64,000 nt of DNA, taken from the NCBI RefSeq assembly GCF_009914755.1, contig NC_060925.1. One strand, written 5' to 3'. Positions 43,386-59,148 of the stretch are shown in pieces. The position numbers and the translations under genes are program-made. The notes beneath the pieces were generated by a model. It was not told the origin of the DNA. It saw only the letters and a list, made by a program, of their open reading frames with translations, and searched no databases. Position 1 is the first letter of the stretch. The number at the start of each line of letters is the position of its first letter. Origin of the DNA: the human T2T-CHM13v2.0 reference genome, Homo sapiens.

Positions 43386-46157
43386 AGTTTGGGCATTGAC
43401 CAGTGCCCTCTTTGCCCACCTTTGCTGCTGGTAGCCTGTCTTGCAGATACCCAGTGGCTTTACAGAAGGGGAGGTGGCTTCCTGGAGGTTCTCACACAGT
43501 GCGAGCTGAGAGATGGCGTGCTGCAGGCCTGGAGCACTCCTCTCCAGCATGCAGAATGACTGTGGAGCAATGACCAATGTATGACTCTGTCTCTTGTGTG
43601 ACCATGTGCTCCAGTTTTCCCAGGACATAATAATAATAATTTCTAACATAATTATTAACAACAACCCCTTTCACCGTCAAAAGTGACCTGACTTAGATAA
43701 CTGAATTGTAAGTTCACTCCACCTTTTCCACAAAGCCAGAATACTAGAACACACGGTCAGAAAACAAAAGGGTGAAATTGGGTATGACCTCCCTCAGTCT
43801 TACACTGATGGGATCTGTATTTTTCATTCTTAATTCCTTATACTCAGTGTGTTGTGAAGTCCTAGGGCCAAGGGAAGAATTTTGCATCAAGAAACATAGT
43901 CCTGGTTTCGTTCAATGAGAACCTGAGACTGTTCTATAATCATGTTGGGCTTTTCATGTTATGAGATAGAGAATTCCTATTTTGAACTGGCATTTTACAG
44001 TGCCGAAAGGATGTTGGAGTGTTTGTATACAATGGGAGCAAAGAAGATTACATCTAGAACATGGGCAATTTACTGGAGCTCCTTAATTCACTAGTGTCCA
44101 AAGATAATGGTTAGTGGGAAACTGTAGCTGTAAAGGATTTGCAGTCTATTGGAATGAAAATTTTGGTCATACTACTAGTTTAAAATTTCTGATAGGGAAA
44201 GGTGTTGGTAGAAGGTAAAGGGAGCATTGATAGGTGATTTGAAAAAATGAAAAAGAGGAGCTGACTATCAACATAGAACATAGACCAACAGCAGAGGCAG
44301 AACCTATATCAGCTATTGTTTACTTGTGCTGATTAATGCCTTCCTTCCCTTTATCATGCTGTCTGATCTGAAGAGTACTGGTGGAACTAACATTACAACC
44401 TAGGTTCCAGGTAGTGGTATGACTGAGTTGATACCAGCCCACCACCATACAGTGGCAGGTGCCCTTTGTAAGTAAGGAGGATAGTAAATGTTATCCTCCT
44501 TACTCTACCATTGCACTGCTAAGTAGGCTTTTATTTTGCTGTATTTGCCACCTTTAAAATTTATCCTTCGCATCGTAGTCATAACAAGTGAGGTAATTAA
44601 TGAGGCTTCCTTACCTTCACTATCTTTCTTCACCTTTGACATGGTAAAGTTTATTATTTCTATGTTATTGGGGCATATGACATTTCCAGCCTATTCTGTA
44701 ACCCCAATCCACATTTGGTTTCAGTCTACAGTAAAATACATTCAATACTTACAACTTTTTTTTTTTGGCTGTATTTTACCAAAGCATCTTCCTTTAATTG
44801 GTTGTTATTGTTTTCCTTCCTTCTGTAACCAAATGTATTGCCCTTTTTCTCCACATACCCATGTTTTTGTTCTCTCAAAAACATTAATGAAAATATTTTT
44901 TCCTGAATTCTTGCTTGATAAAAACCGCAACAAATTGTAATATATCATGTCTGCATAGTAAGACTAGCTTGGCTGCACATAAAAATCCTTGGTTGGCATT
45001 GAGAATCTTGTTGGTCTTCCCTCATGACCATCCAGCTTCAGTACAGCTAGGGGAGCCAGGACAGCCTTCTTCATTTCTCCTGTGAGTGACTTATTCTTTT
45101 TTTCTGGCTGCCCAATAGATACCTTATTTTTTTTAAGTCCAATACCTTCATTAAGATGTGGTTCACTTTTTGCCTGTCATGAATGGATATACCTTGCTTC
45201 TGATGTGCCCTTTTGAAAGGTAGATTCAAGTCTTCATGCATTGCACGGAAGTGTTCTTGAATTATAATTTTGAAGTATTCGTTCTGTCTCTTTTGGTTTC
45301 TTCTTTGGATGTTCCAGTAATGTATATGTTCAATCCATTTGTAGGTCTTCCATAGTTCTCATTTTCTCTGTAATACTTGAGTTTTGCTTTTCAGATGTTT
45401 GCTTAGATAATTTTTGTATAAATGGGTCTCCATTTCCTTTTATTTTTGTAATATACTACTAAATGGTTTGCGTTTTCCTAGATAACTACAGAGGTTCAGA
45501 GAGAGAATTAAGACAACCTTCTGGGCCTCACACCAGAATGGCTCTTTCCTACTGGGCTGTCACAGAGACAGACTGCTTCCTGCAAGTATGGCTCCTCTGG
45601 TGATTCTCTGTGTGGTTGAATCTCCCTTGTTCCTCCCTTGAACAAAACTGGGTCCAGGAGGGGACTTTTTCTGGTAGACTGTGTACCCTGGTTCCCACTC
45701 CTGTGGTTAAAAAAAAGGGGTATAAGTTTTGAACATGGAAGTGAACTCCCAAATTTTCAGGGAGTACATTTTGTTGGTGTTTTCTGAGATTATCAGCCAT
45801 TGGCCTCACTACCTCCATACTTCATTTACTCCCATGTGGCTTGTGCCTGATTCCAACTAGATTTAGTCATCCCTACATATGTTTTGAAATCTTTGGATTC
45901 TAACTTTTTCTAGTTTCACTAAGGATATATTTGGTTCTTTTTTTCTCCATTTTCCTTGTTGCTTTTTTATGTGTTCTGGAATAATATGAGGAAAAATGCT
46001 GACTTTTACAGCCTGTGTATACAACTACCTCTACAGAAAATTTTAAGATATATATTAGTTATTTATATTCACACAATAACTTTGCAAATAGTCCTAGTGT
46101 ACAAAGCTTATTCCTATATCTTGCTGTGTTTTTAAACAAACATATATACATATATGC

Positions 46158-46716
46158 TGTGATAGCTGATGTTGAGTGTCAACCTGATTGGATTGAAGGA
46201 TGCAAAGTATTGTTCCTGGGCATATCTGTGAGGGTGTTGCCAAAGGAGATTAACATTTAAGTCAGTGGATTGGGAGAGGCAGACCCTCCTTCTATCTGGG
46301 TGGGCACCATCTAATCAGCTGTCAGCACAGCTAGAATAAAGCAGGCAGAAGAAGATGGAAGAACAGACTTGCTGAGTCTTCTGGCTTTCATCTTTCTCCT
46401 GTGCTGGAAGCATCCTGGTCTCGAACATCAGACTCCAAATTCTTCAGCTTTTAGACTCTTGGACTTACACCAGTGATTTTTCAGGGGCTCTCGGGCCTTT
46501 GGCCACAGACTGAAGACTGCATTGTTTACTTCCCAACTTTCGAGGTTTTGGGACTCAGACTGATGCACCACTGGCTTCCTTGCTCCTCAACGTGCAGATG
46601 GCCTATCATGGGAATTTATCTTGTAATCATGTGAGTTGATTCTCTTTAATAAACCCCCTTTTATATGTACATCTATTCTATCAGTTCTGTCCCTCTAGAG
46701 AACCCTGACTAATACA
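46158..46716 (+). mobile_element. MLT2A (HERV-L) solo LTR
   Basis: tgtgat..gagtgtcaacctgattggattgaaggatgcaaagtattg...ctagagaaccctgactaataca; TSD tatgc/catgc. Confidence 0.92.
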
Positions 46717-47001
46717 CATGCATACACACATGTGGTCATGCAGACATGTATACATGCATGCACACATATGTGACCACATGAACATGCATACACATATGTG
46801 ATCTTTGCCATTGTGGATGGCTAGGATGATTTTTCTCAGGAAAGGTATCTGTGTTATTAGAAAAATAGCCCTGGTTCTCATCCTAAAGTCATAAAAATCA
46901 GGAGGTAACTCAGTAAAAGGAGACACACACACACACACAATGTTATATGTATAAGTGATTTAATATTTTATATATATAATCAAATCCTTGAAATTGCCCT
47001 T

Positions 47002-47562
47002 TGTATTAATCAGGGTTCTTTATAGAAACAGAATCAAGAGTATGTGTGTGCGTGTGCGCGCATGTGTGTGTGTGTGTGTATATATATACACATATATATT
47101 TAATACGTGTGTGTGTGTGTATATATATATATATAGACAGAGAGAGAGGGAAAGAAGGAGAGAGAGGGAGTTTATTATAAGAAATTGGCTCATGTGATTA
47201 TGGGGGCTGAAAGTCTCACAATCTGCCATCTGCAGCTGGAGACCCAGGAAAGGCAGTGATGTAGTTGAGAGAACCAAAGTATCGATGGTATAAGACCCAG
47301 TCAAGAACAGCACAGGGGGCTGATGTGTCAGCTCAAGCAGTTAGGCAGAGGGTGAAGTCACCCTTCCTGTGCTTTCTGTTCTATTCGGGTCTCAATGAAT
47401 CGGATAATGCCCATTCACATGGTGGAGGGCCACCTGCTTTACTCAGTCTGCTGATTCAAACGCTAATCTCATACAGAAACAGCCTCACAGCCATAACCAG
47501 GACCCATGTTTAGTCTGGGCACCTCATGTCTAAGTGAATTTGACACAAAAATTATCCATCAT
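47002..47562 (-). mobile_element. MLT2B/D-like LTR with compound (TG)(TA)(GA) microsatellite
   Basis: tgtattaatcagggttc..tttattataagaaattggctcatgtgattatgg..; repeats at 47041-47168. Confidence 0.85.
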
Positions 47563-49442
47563 ACCCAGAGTTCTTAATCAAAGTTTCAATGACTGAGGCC
47601 AGTCCTGGGCCGCTAATGTTCATCCAATATTGCGTCTAGTTTTACCATCCCTTCCGTTTGCCAGAAATAGAAACAGAAAATGTTCTACATGTTTGCACCA
47701 CCAAATAATGAATAAGCAATCAAATGCCATTTTGATTATTGACCTTCTAGCTTTTACAAAACACAAAACTTGCACAAATAAAGATACTATTGGAAGCCAA
47801 GGAACCTAGAGACACATGTAAATTCTCTTTATCTCTGCTCGATGCGTAAAGTATTCCTACTTAAGAGTAAATTTCCTCTTGTTTCAGTGAAAGATATTTT
47901 TAACTGATATTTTTACCTTCAGCAAACACATAAACGGTGAAAGTTATCCCAAACATTGCCATTTTCAATTTCCAAAGGAGCTTATGCTAATTTCAGAGGC
48001 ATCTCTATGGTTTATATGTATATTTAATATATAAGGCAGGTCCTACTATCTCTATTTTACAGAAGAAGAAACTGAAGTTGGAAAGATCAACAAGCTTACC
48101 TGAAGTCACAGGGCGGGAGAGTAAAGGAGCAGAATTTTCAACCTAAGTTTATATGATTCTAAAATTTTCCACTACCATGCTACTAAAAGAAATTACTCAA
48201 CTAGTTCTTCCTGTTCAGGTAAGTCAGTTCAGACTTTGCTAATTCTGAATAAAGGGGACAGAAGTTATGATGCTGTAACTATTTGACATAGACTGTGTTA
48301 GATTAGAGATGAGAGGCAAAAATCTGACCCTAGTATATTTGCTTTCATTGATTCCAATGTCATCTTTAGGTTTTTGTATATTTCTTTCTGATTTTAACAT
48401 ATGATCCTTTATTTTCTTCTTACTTTCCTCCCTTCCTCCTCTCTCTGTCAAATTGTTTTCCTCTTCCTCCTCTTTTAAAAATTCTCAAAATTTGACTATA
48501 AATTGCTTTTTCTTCTTTGCTCCTTTTCACAACTCTTTCATTGCCACAAGGCATTCAGGTAGAAAAAAAGGCCAAGGTAGTCTGCAGTGTGCTAGCTATT
48601 TACCCAATTGACCCACCATATCTTTTACATAAGCAAATAAATTAACAAGTTATGTAAATAATTTATATTCAAATATTCAGAAATGTCTTAGACATGTTTA
48701 ACATGCTACCAGTAAACTCCTTTTAGGAGGAGACCACATGCAGCTTTAGAATAGAAAATAGAAGAAAGGAAAAAAATAAACAAATGAAGGTTTTTCTCTG
48801 CAGTCTTTATGCAAGCAACGACTTATTTCTTAAACTCTCCCCTTTGTGGCTATCACTCAAAGAAAATAAAGAAGAAAAGCTACTGGCTTTCTAGTTTAAA
48901 TCACAGTCTCATTATTCTGTAGGTGAATGGGGAGGGGGATTGGAATCGTAGGTCCGAGTGGGCAGTAACTTGAAGTCAATGGAGATATTTACAAAACAGA
49001 AGCACAATCACGATCCAGCAGTTCTGGAGCTGCTAACTTTTTCTGCCTTTTTCTAAATGTCCAATAATAAGGTTCTAATGGAGACTGAAGATCCATCACC
49101 TGCTCCACATCTCCAGGGGGCCCATGTGTGCATCGCAGTGCAGATCATACATGCTTCTTTCCCCTCCCATGGCAAGGGGAATACTGAATGATGACAGCTC
49201 ACATGTGTAACCCAAGGGCTTTGCTTGGGTTTGCAAGGACTAGTGCACAATACATTCTTTGACTGTTATAATAACATTAAGTCAATGCACGAATTATAAT
49301 CCCTATTTCACAAGTACAAAAACACATTCAAAGAAATTAACTTCCTTGCTCACCAAACAGTTATTGACAAAAATTACAATATTTATGTTTCTTTTGAAAA
49401 ATATTATAAAGATTCTCAAATTGTCTAACCAATCATATTATC

Positions 49443-49815
49443 CGTATTTGTCTCTTCTCAAGCTGCTAATAAAGACATACCCAAGACTGGGACATTTATA
49501 AAGGAAAAAGGTTGAATTGACTCACAGTTCGGCATGGCTGTGGAGGCCTCAGGACACTTACAATCATGGTAGAAGGGGAAGCAAATATGTCCTTCTTCAC
49601 ATGGCGGCAGCAAAGAGAGGTGGGAAAAAGGAGGGAAAAGCCCCTTATAAAACCATCAGATCTCATGAAAACTCACTTACTATCAGGAGAACAGCATGGA
49701 GGTAACTGCTCCCATGATAAAATCACCTTCCACCAGGTCCCTCCCATGTCAGGTGGGGATTATGGGAACTACAGCTCAAGATGAGATTTGGGTGGAGACG
49801 TAGCCAAACATATCG
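49443..49815 (-). mobile_element. MaLR LTR (MSTA/THE1D-like)
   Basis: gctgctaataaagacatacccaagactggg..ctcaagatgagatttgggtggagac. Confidence 0.9.
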
Positions 49816-49829
49816 TTATCTTGATAAGA

Positions 49830-50613
<784 letters not shown>

Positions 50614-53016
50614 AGTTTTTCTTAATTATTAAATAATCTTTCATTGATTTAAGAAATATTTTCTTATGGTTCCTATTCAGGCCCAGGCATTGTTTTTTTG
50701 TGCTGCAGACAATGTGTTAATAAAAGCTGTCCAGCCTTGTTAGTACATCATGATATTTATATCTGACAAATCCTCTACTTAGATATGTATCACCTCCATA
50801 ATTTTTTGGAACACATAAATTTTTTGAACCAAATGGAATAAAAAGCTAGATATATACGTATAATGAATATATTTGAAACTTTGTACTTTGCTTTACAATT
50901 TGCAAAAGAACATCATATACAGTGTTGTATTTGAGTCTCCCTTAAGCCCTATTAAGAAGAAATTTTTCTATTTCTGCTGTTCAGTGAAGAAAATGAGCAA
51001 AAAAGGTGCAGCAACTTCCCAATATCCCATATTTACAAACATAAAGGAGTGGGACTTTAATGTAGACTCTTGGTGTCCACGTTTGTGCTCTTTATGCTTC
51101 ATGACACCAGGTAAAGTGCAATGAGCACAGCAAATGTGCCCCCTCAGGAGCCAGCTAAGACCTTCCGGGGGCTTCTCCTGGAAGTACAGAGTCTGCGACC
51201 CCCATCCTAAATACACAAGCATTGGCATCACTGTCTCACAGTAAAACAAAACAAAACAAAACAAAAAAACAAAAAAAAACAAAGAAAAAAACAAATACAA
51301 TCTGTTCAGCAGAGTAATTGTACATAACACAAAAGAACTTCTGGGAAAAACACGGAACGCATATTGAAGTCAGAGGCTCAGTCATGTGAAAATAAAAGGT
51401 CTTGTTGGGTGCCTAAGTCTTGTCTTTGCTAACAGCTGTTTTCGTGCAATACCAGTAAACCCAGCCAAAGGCATTCTAGTGAGCAACACAGGAAGACTCC
51501 TATACACTTCAATTTTCCAGCAATCCATAAAATTGAAACATAAAAATAGGATTCTATTTCCCTTGTTCATTCTATATCTTACCAGTACTTATATTTGCAT
51601 ATGTGTAGAAACTCAAGGTTTACAAAGCATATCCACGGTCTTTATTGTATTTGATGCTCCACAAAATGTTGCAAGGGACTCAGACAAAGTCTTGTTTGTA
51701 CTATGTTACAGGTGAGAATGCTGACATGTAGAGGGGCAAGTACTTACCTGATCACGTTGTCTTAGTATGATGAAGCCTCACTTAAACCCATGATCTCATG
51801 TCTACCCTTAAACTGATGCACTGAAATACAGTCAGGTAAAATAAAGAGTTAGGGGCACATTTTAAAATACATTTAAGGTGCATCAAAGATTTAAACCAAT
51901 CACTTGTAACATCTCTATTTGTCAAACTCATTGGTGATCATTAGCATCTAGAGAGACCCAGGACAATCGCAAGATTCTAAATAATTTTCAAACCATAGTA
52001 GAGGATACTTTGTTTACTGTTATTTATGTATTAAATATCTTTTAATATACTATAGCTTTATAAGAACAGATAATCCATTTTTGGAATTTGTGTTTTAATT
52101 GGCCAAAGAGTTAAATCCATTTTTTCTAGATCCTCTGGATAATTAGGAATCGGTAGTAAAAAGCAATTGCACTTTTCCAATAAAATAATATGCTCAGTTG
52201 TTCAAACCCACATTCTTGATAAAAACAACTAGAAATTCTGCATAAGATAGAAGAAAAAGAAGATTTTGGAGCAACAAAGAGCATACAAGATGGTAAGGAA
52301 TTACAAGACCAAAATCTAAGTGATGTCTTGATCTCAGAAAAGAAAGCTAAATGTTGAATTCCATTTGGCCCTTGGAGAATTCATGAAAGCAGTGAATTTG
52401 AGCTTCAGTTTTTCAGTCTCTGTGGAGTGATATGGAAGAAGGAAAAAATCTCAAGTCCCCAGCAACATGCATGTGATAATAGAAGACTTTCCCCCTATGA
52501 AACAAGACCTCCAAAGAGCTATAATTTCACAATAAGCATAAACCAAAAGTAAACCCACACTACCTCACTCCTTCTTCCATGTGTCGGCAAGGAAGTGTTC
52601 GTTGGTGCTAAACAAAGCATGGGGAAAATGCTGCTGTTGCATAAATTACAATCTCAAAAACTCAAGCTATAAATTTAGTTTAAAACAGTTCACAATACCT
52701 AATAGAAACAAATGTGCAGTTCTTCCTCATCCTGAAAGAATCTCCACAATAATATTCCAAGGAAAATAATGCACTCACAGCGTATGTATGTATCACCTAT
52801 ATGATGAATATAGCTGATAGATAAGTACATATGTATCATATATATATATACATATAACCATTACAGAGAACTAGAAGAAATAGTGGAGAAAGAAACAGTT
52901 CTACAAAGACCCTAGATTTAAAAATAATCAGAGAAAAATGTTGTAAAACAACTCTTCTCATAACGTCCAAAGCTAGAACACACTTGAAACAATCTCAGCA
53001 AAAGAAAGCTGTCAAA

Positions 53017-53380
53017 TATGCAGCCATAAAAAAGGATGAGTTCATGTCCTTTGTAGGGACATAGATGAAGCTGGAAACCATCATTCTCAGCAAACTATCG
53101 CAAGGACAGAAAACCAAACACGGCATGTTCTTACTCATAGGTGGGTACTGAACAATGAGAACACTTGGACACAGAAAGGGGAACATCACACACCACGAGC
53201 TGTCGTTGGGTAGGGGGAGGGGGGAGGGATACCATTAGGAGATATACCTAATGTAAATGACAAGTTAATGGGTGCAGCACGACAACATGGCACATGTATA
53301 CATATGTAACAAATCTGCACGTTGTGCACATGTACCCTAGAACTTAAAGTATAATAATAATAATAATAACAATAATAATA
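53017..53380 (+). mobile_element. L1PA 3' end, 5'-truncated, (AAT)n tail
   Basis: 3'UTR motifs; TSD aaaagaaagctgt. Confidence 0.93.
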
Positions 53381-53511
53381 AAAGAAAGCTGTTAAAAATG
53401 ACCAGCATAGAATCTCTCTTCCCCACTGTCAGACAACATTTCAGTGGTCCCTGTAACTATTGCTCTGGTCCTGAATAAAATCTTTCTTGCCATGCTTGAA
53501 AAAAAAAAAAA

Positions 53512-54435
53512 CAGAATTGCAAAATATGTCTCTGACAAAGGACTAATATCAAGAATCTACAAGGACCTCAAAGAATTCAAGAAGAGAAAAAGAAACAACC
53601 CCATTAAAAACTGGGCAAAGGACATGAACAGACATTTTTCAAAAAAAAAAAAAATGCAAGCAGCCAACAAACACATGAAAAAATGCTCAGAATCACTAAT
53701 CATTAAAGAAATGCTCATTAAAACCACAATGAGATATCATCTTATATCAGTCAGAATGGCTGTTATTAAAAAGTTGAAAAAAGAAAAAAACAGAGGTTGA
53801 CTTGGATGCAGAGCAAAGAGAGAACGCTTATACACTATTGGTGGGAATATAAATTAGTTCAAGCTCTATGGAAAACAGTATGAAGATATCTCAAAGAACT
53901 GAAAACAGAACTACCCTTTGACCCAGAAATATTCATAACTGGACACCTACCCAAAGGAAAACAAATCATTATAGGACAATACCATGACAATAGCAAAGTC
54001 ACGGAACCAACCTAAGTCTAACCTATGGGTCCATCAATAATTGATTGGATAAAGAAAATGTGATATATATACACATCATGTAATACTACACCACCATAAA
54101 AAAGAATGAAATCATGTCCTTTGAAGCAACATGGATGGAGGTGTAGAACATTATTCTAAGTGAATTAACTCAGAAACAGAAAATAAAATACTGCATATTC
54201 TCACCTACAAGTGGAAGCTAAACAATTGGTACACATGGACATAAAGATGGAAATAATAGACACTGAGGTTTCCCAAAGGGGAGAGGATGTGAGTGTTGAA
54301 AAACTACCTATTAGGTACAATATTCATTATTTGGGTAATGGGTGAACTAGAAGCCCAATCCCCACCAGTATGCAATATACCCATTTAACAAACATTCACA
54401 TGGACCCCTTGAATCTAAAATAAAATAAATATTTT
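53512..54435 (+). mobile_element. L1PB/L1MA 3' portion (ORF2 C-terminal relic)
   Basis: [35 protein letters not shown] in ORF 53444..53800, followed by 3'UTR. Confidence 0.9.
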
Positions 54436-56792
54436 TTAAATGACTGGAATGTGTGAAAAAGGAAACAAAGAACATTTCTAAAATAGAAAGATGCAAAAAA
54501 TAAATTTTTAAATGCAATGGCTGTTCACTATTTTGTAGTAGCTAAAGTAGGTACTAGTGAATCCAAAGATCAGTCAGAAGAAATTATGCAGAATGCATCA
54601 CAGCAAAACAGAGGCAGTGAGACATTTTACCATATTTTTACTTGGATTCCTAAACAAAGAGGAGAAAGAACATAGAACAGAGAAAACCTTTGTAAGTAAT
54701 ATTTTAAGATAATGACTGATACCCTACATCAAAAGAAAGCCAACGGGAAGTTCCTAAATCTATAGAGGGTACACAAACATAAAACTACACTTGAACATGT
54801 CATGGCGAGTTGGACGAACCAAAAACAATAGTAAAACCAAAGAACAACCACACACATGCATAAATCCACAAGGTAGTGAATAAAACAGCTTACTTTCAAG
54901 GCAGCAGAATGGCATTGACCACTAACTACTCAACAGAAATGATGAAAGACGGATGCCAGAAGAATCAGATCACCAAAGTGCTAATAAAAAATAATTGCCA
55001 ATCTAGAATTTCTAGGACCCACTTTTTAAGAGTAGGATGAAATGCAGACATTCTTGGGCAAACAAAAAAAGAGAGTTTATCTGCAGCATATCCTCAGAAA
55101 AGGATGTAATTAAATCAGAGAAAAAGATGAGGATCAAGAAGGTAGGAAACATGCAAAAATCATGACAAGTAGTTTTTGCCATTAAGAAAAAGATGAAACT
55201 AATTAATTCCACAAAACAAGTCAAGAATAACTCATGAATTAGAGGGAGCAGAAATGGAGTTGCCATCTTCAAAGGCACTCATTTTCAGGAGATGTATACA
55301 ATTTTTGGAAAAACTTGTATTTGAAAAGTTAAGTATGCATTTTGCAATTTTCAGAGAGTGAAAGAATAGCAACAAAATACTTATAAACTAGGAAAGGAAA
55401 AATCTTGAATAAGAAAATAATCTAACCAAAAAAGCCACATTTAAGTACTATGTTTATTTTGTTAAATTAATTTAAATTTTAAAAAATTATCTTCACTCTA
55501 TGCAATAATATTTGTGAAATTTTGACTCTGGTGTGTAAATTAACTTGTTTACTGCATTGAATCCTTTGTCATTTTTGTAATACTTTGATTATCTCCATCT
55601 AAATATTCAAACATCACCTCTTAACATAACCAGTGGTACACTTTCCATGATTTAGATATGGTGGTCTGACTAGCGTTGAAACTTGAGAGAAGCTAGCCTC
55701 AATAACAGGACCCAGGGATAACCATCTAGTTCTCCAGCGAAGGGCCTTAAGCCCTCTGGGGGTCCACCTTGTTGGTTACTCACTAATCAAAGATGTGCCC
55801 GGCCCCTAGTTTTCTCCTCCCTGACTCAAGTTCATGTCATTCAACTCTCTGCCTGGTTCACGGACTCATGGTATTCTGCCCTACTCCTGCTGCTTGGCTA
55901 TCCACCAGTTACCAAAAGCTGAAGTTGATGCAACCACGTGAAATTTCTACAAGACCCTCCCCTCTTTGGGCTCCCATCACATTGTCACTACTGCCAGATG
56001 TCATCAGCGTGAGAGAATCAGTGGTGGTCCACAGGAGCATCTTGTTGTCCCTCCCTAAATGATACCAGCACCACTTTCCTCCCAAAATCAATGCTCCCAA
56101 CCACAATACCCCCCTTGACTTCACTTGTGTTCCCAGCAAGCCATCAAAACTAGCACCAAGGCTCTCTCTAGGAGGCTATAAATATGTATGTTTTCCTTTT
56201 TTCTGTCTTTAAATGGTGAGTTAACACAAACAGACCTACATACACCAGACCCCAAGGTATCAATCTGGATCCCTTCACAGGATCCTTTTCCATTCACAGA
56301 ACCAAGAAAAAAAAGCAAACTCTGAAGCCCAGCCCTTCCCTCCTCTATTCCGGAGCAGGCAGCTGATGGGACGCAAATGGGGCTGCTGAGCTTCAGGGTG
56401 GAAATGGAAGCCAGTGCCTTGTGCTCCTTGTGATGTGAAACGTGTTGCAGCTGCGCAGAGAAACAAGAGTTTTCACTGGACACAGTGCAAGGAGCAAGCA
56501 GGATGCCTTTCATGGACAGAAGCTGCATCTGTCTATACTTCAGCCATTCAATCAACAAACATTTCATGATCATCAGTTACTGCTATGAAAGGTAGATGCT
56601 GAGGGTAAAACAAGGAACAAGATGAGAATGCCCCACTCCCATATGGCACATGTAAAAGCATAAAAGTCTATCTGAATCATTTTTGAAACAGAAGGCCCAT
56701 GACATTTCCTGCTGAGTCCACGTTGGCTCTTGTTTGTGGATACCAGCACATATTAAAATTATCTGAAATATTCAGTTGTGAGCCCCCTCCCC

Positions 56793-57180
56793 TGATATGG
56801 TTAGGCTTCGCGTCCCCACCCAGATCTCATCTTGAATTGTAATCCCCATAATCCCCATAATCCCTATTTGTCAAAGGAGAGACCAGGTGGAGGTAATTGA
56901 ATCATGGGGATGGTTTCCCCCATGCTGTTCTCATGATAGTGAGTGAGTTCTCCCAAGATCGGATGGTTTTATAAGGGGCTTCTTCCCCTTTGCTTAGCAC
57001 TTCTCCTTTCTGCCACCTTGTGTAGAAGGTGCCTTGCTTCCCCTTCACCTTCCACCATGATTGTAAGTTTCCTGAGGCCTCCCCAGCCATGCTGAACTGT
57101 GAGTCAATTAAATCTCTTTCTTTTATAAATTACCCAGTCTCAGGCAGTTCTTTATTACAGTATGAAAATGGACTAATACA
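56793..57180 (+). mobile_element. MSTA/THE1D-like MaLR solo LTR
   Basis: tgatatggttaggc..cccagatctcatcttgaattgtaat..ggactaataca. Confidence 0.92.
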
Positions 57181-58816
57181 GTGAGAAAAAAATAGCTCTG
57201 GAGGGCTGGGTTACATTCAGGACATGTACTAAATATTTTAATGCATTTTTTTAGCAAGCACGTAAAATGTCTCCCCCAAGGCTTTAAGCTCTCTTTCTAC
57301 TTCCCTAAAGGTTTCCCCATCAAAATAGGAAATAAATATTGAAGCTAGAAAAGGCTTGTCCCCTTCAAAGTAAGTAAGGGCACGCTTCATGACAGGCATA
57401 ACTTTCTTCAGACAGTGGGGGAGGACACTTAATTCCTTCACCAAAGAAAAAAAAAGTTACAAAACAGCAACCTATGGAAACAAAAACATGGAATCAATGC
57501 ATCGCCTGAAATAACTTCTCTGTAGTCCTGAGGGTGGTGTTTTGTTTGGCTTGTTCTCCTTCCCACCTTTTTATACCCCACAAGGATCCTTCTCATTCTG
57601 TTGTAGCCAGGGCTCCTAGAGAAGGCTGTCAACATTGAAGGGCCCAGATCCCTTCTACCAGTTTTTCTTGTGCTTCCTATGTGCTTGTAACTGTGAATCT
57701 CCTGCTTTTCAAACAACTCTTCTGCCTTTTGTATGGGTATACATTAAAGGGGAAAATCAGGGCCTCTTCACACTACTCTGGCAAAATCAACCTGAACTGC
57801 TGGATTATAGGTCTTGGCATCTGGAGCTGCCTGCTTGAGCCCTGGCAGGTCTGGAGGCTTGGGGCTCTTTCATTGACTCAGGAAATATTTCTGCTTCCCA
57901 CCCAGGACTTCTGTTGTCTCTTCCTCCCTTCTCCTCCCCTGCTCTCAGGACTCTTAGATGTAGCCCAGGTTTGCTTCCACACAGTTGACATTGGCGGTGC
58001 ATGGTCTTCTCCCCTCTACGCCCTCAGATCTCCATGCCTGTGCCTATGACACGTGCCACCTGCACCTGTGTAGCCAAGCCTGGCTCCTCATCCGTGGCCA
58101 CTCCTGCCCCCACAACCTGCCAGTCCTGCCTCCTTTTTGCCTGCCTCCTGCCTATCTTTACTTCACTGATTTATTTGGCTGGAAAATATTTCTACAACTT
58201 CCCCTCCCACACTCACCTGGGGCTATGACATTGTTGTGCACACTGGTTGGGCCTCGCCCCTGCCACCTAACAAGTACATCCTACAGGCCCAGGAGGGCAT
58301 TATCTGTGGTTTTGAATTTCTAGTGTCTCGAACTGTACTGGCCCAGAGAGGACCTCAAATATGGAAAACTGAAGTGATTGCTTTCTGCACGCGTTACCTA
58401 TGCACCCATGCATAACTCACACAAACTTACTGAATCTTCATTTACTCTTCTGTAAAAGGGGAGTAATCAAAGAAATGCACTTTACTAACAACAAGAGGAT
58501 GGCATAGTTTATCTTTTAAACTGATAAAGATGTTCTGAAATAAGAATCTATGTTTTCAAGGGTACAGGACTTTGGTAGTTACACCATGACAGTAAAGATG
58601 CATATTTTAGGAACTTGGTGGGGGATAATTTGACAATACACATCTACATGTTTACATTGTACATACCCTTTGACTGACACTCCACTGTTAGAAATTTGTA
58701 CTAAGGAAATAATCAGACCTACAACATAAGCACTTAGCTATAGGAATACTGGTCAAAGAGTTGTTGATCATACTCAAAAATTAGAAACAATCTAAATATG
58801 CAATAAGAAATATTTA

Positions 58817-59148
<332 letters not shown>

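Noticed and set aside
53444-53800. 118-aa ORF
   Set aside because: L1 ORF2 C-terminal relic with non-ATG start and frame disruption
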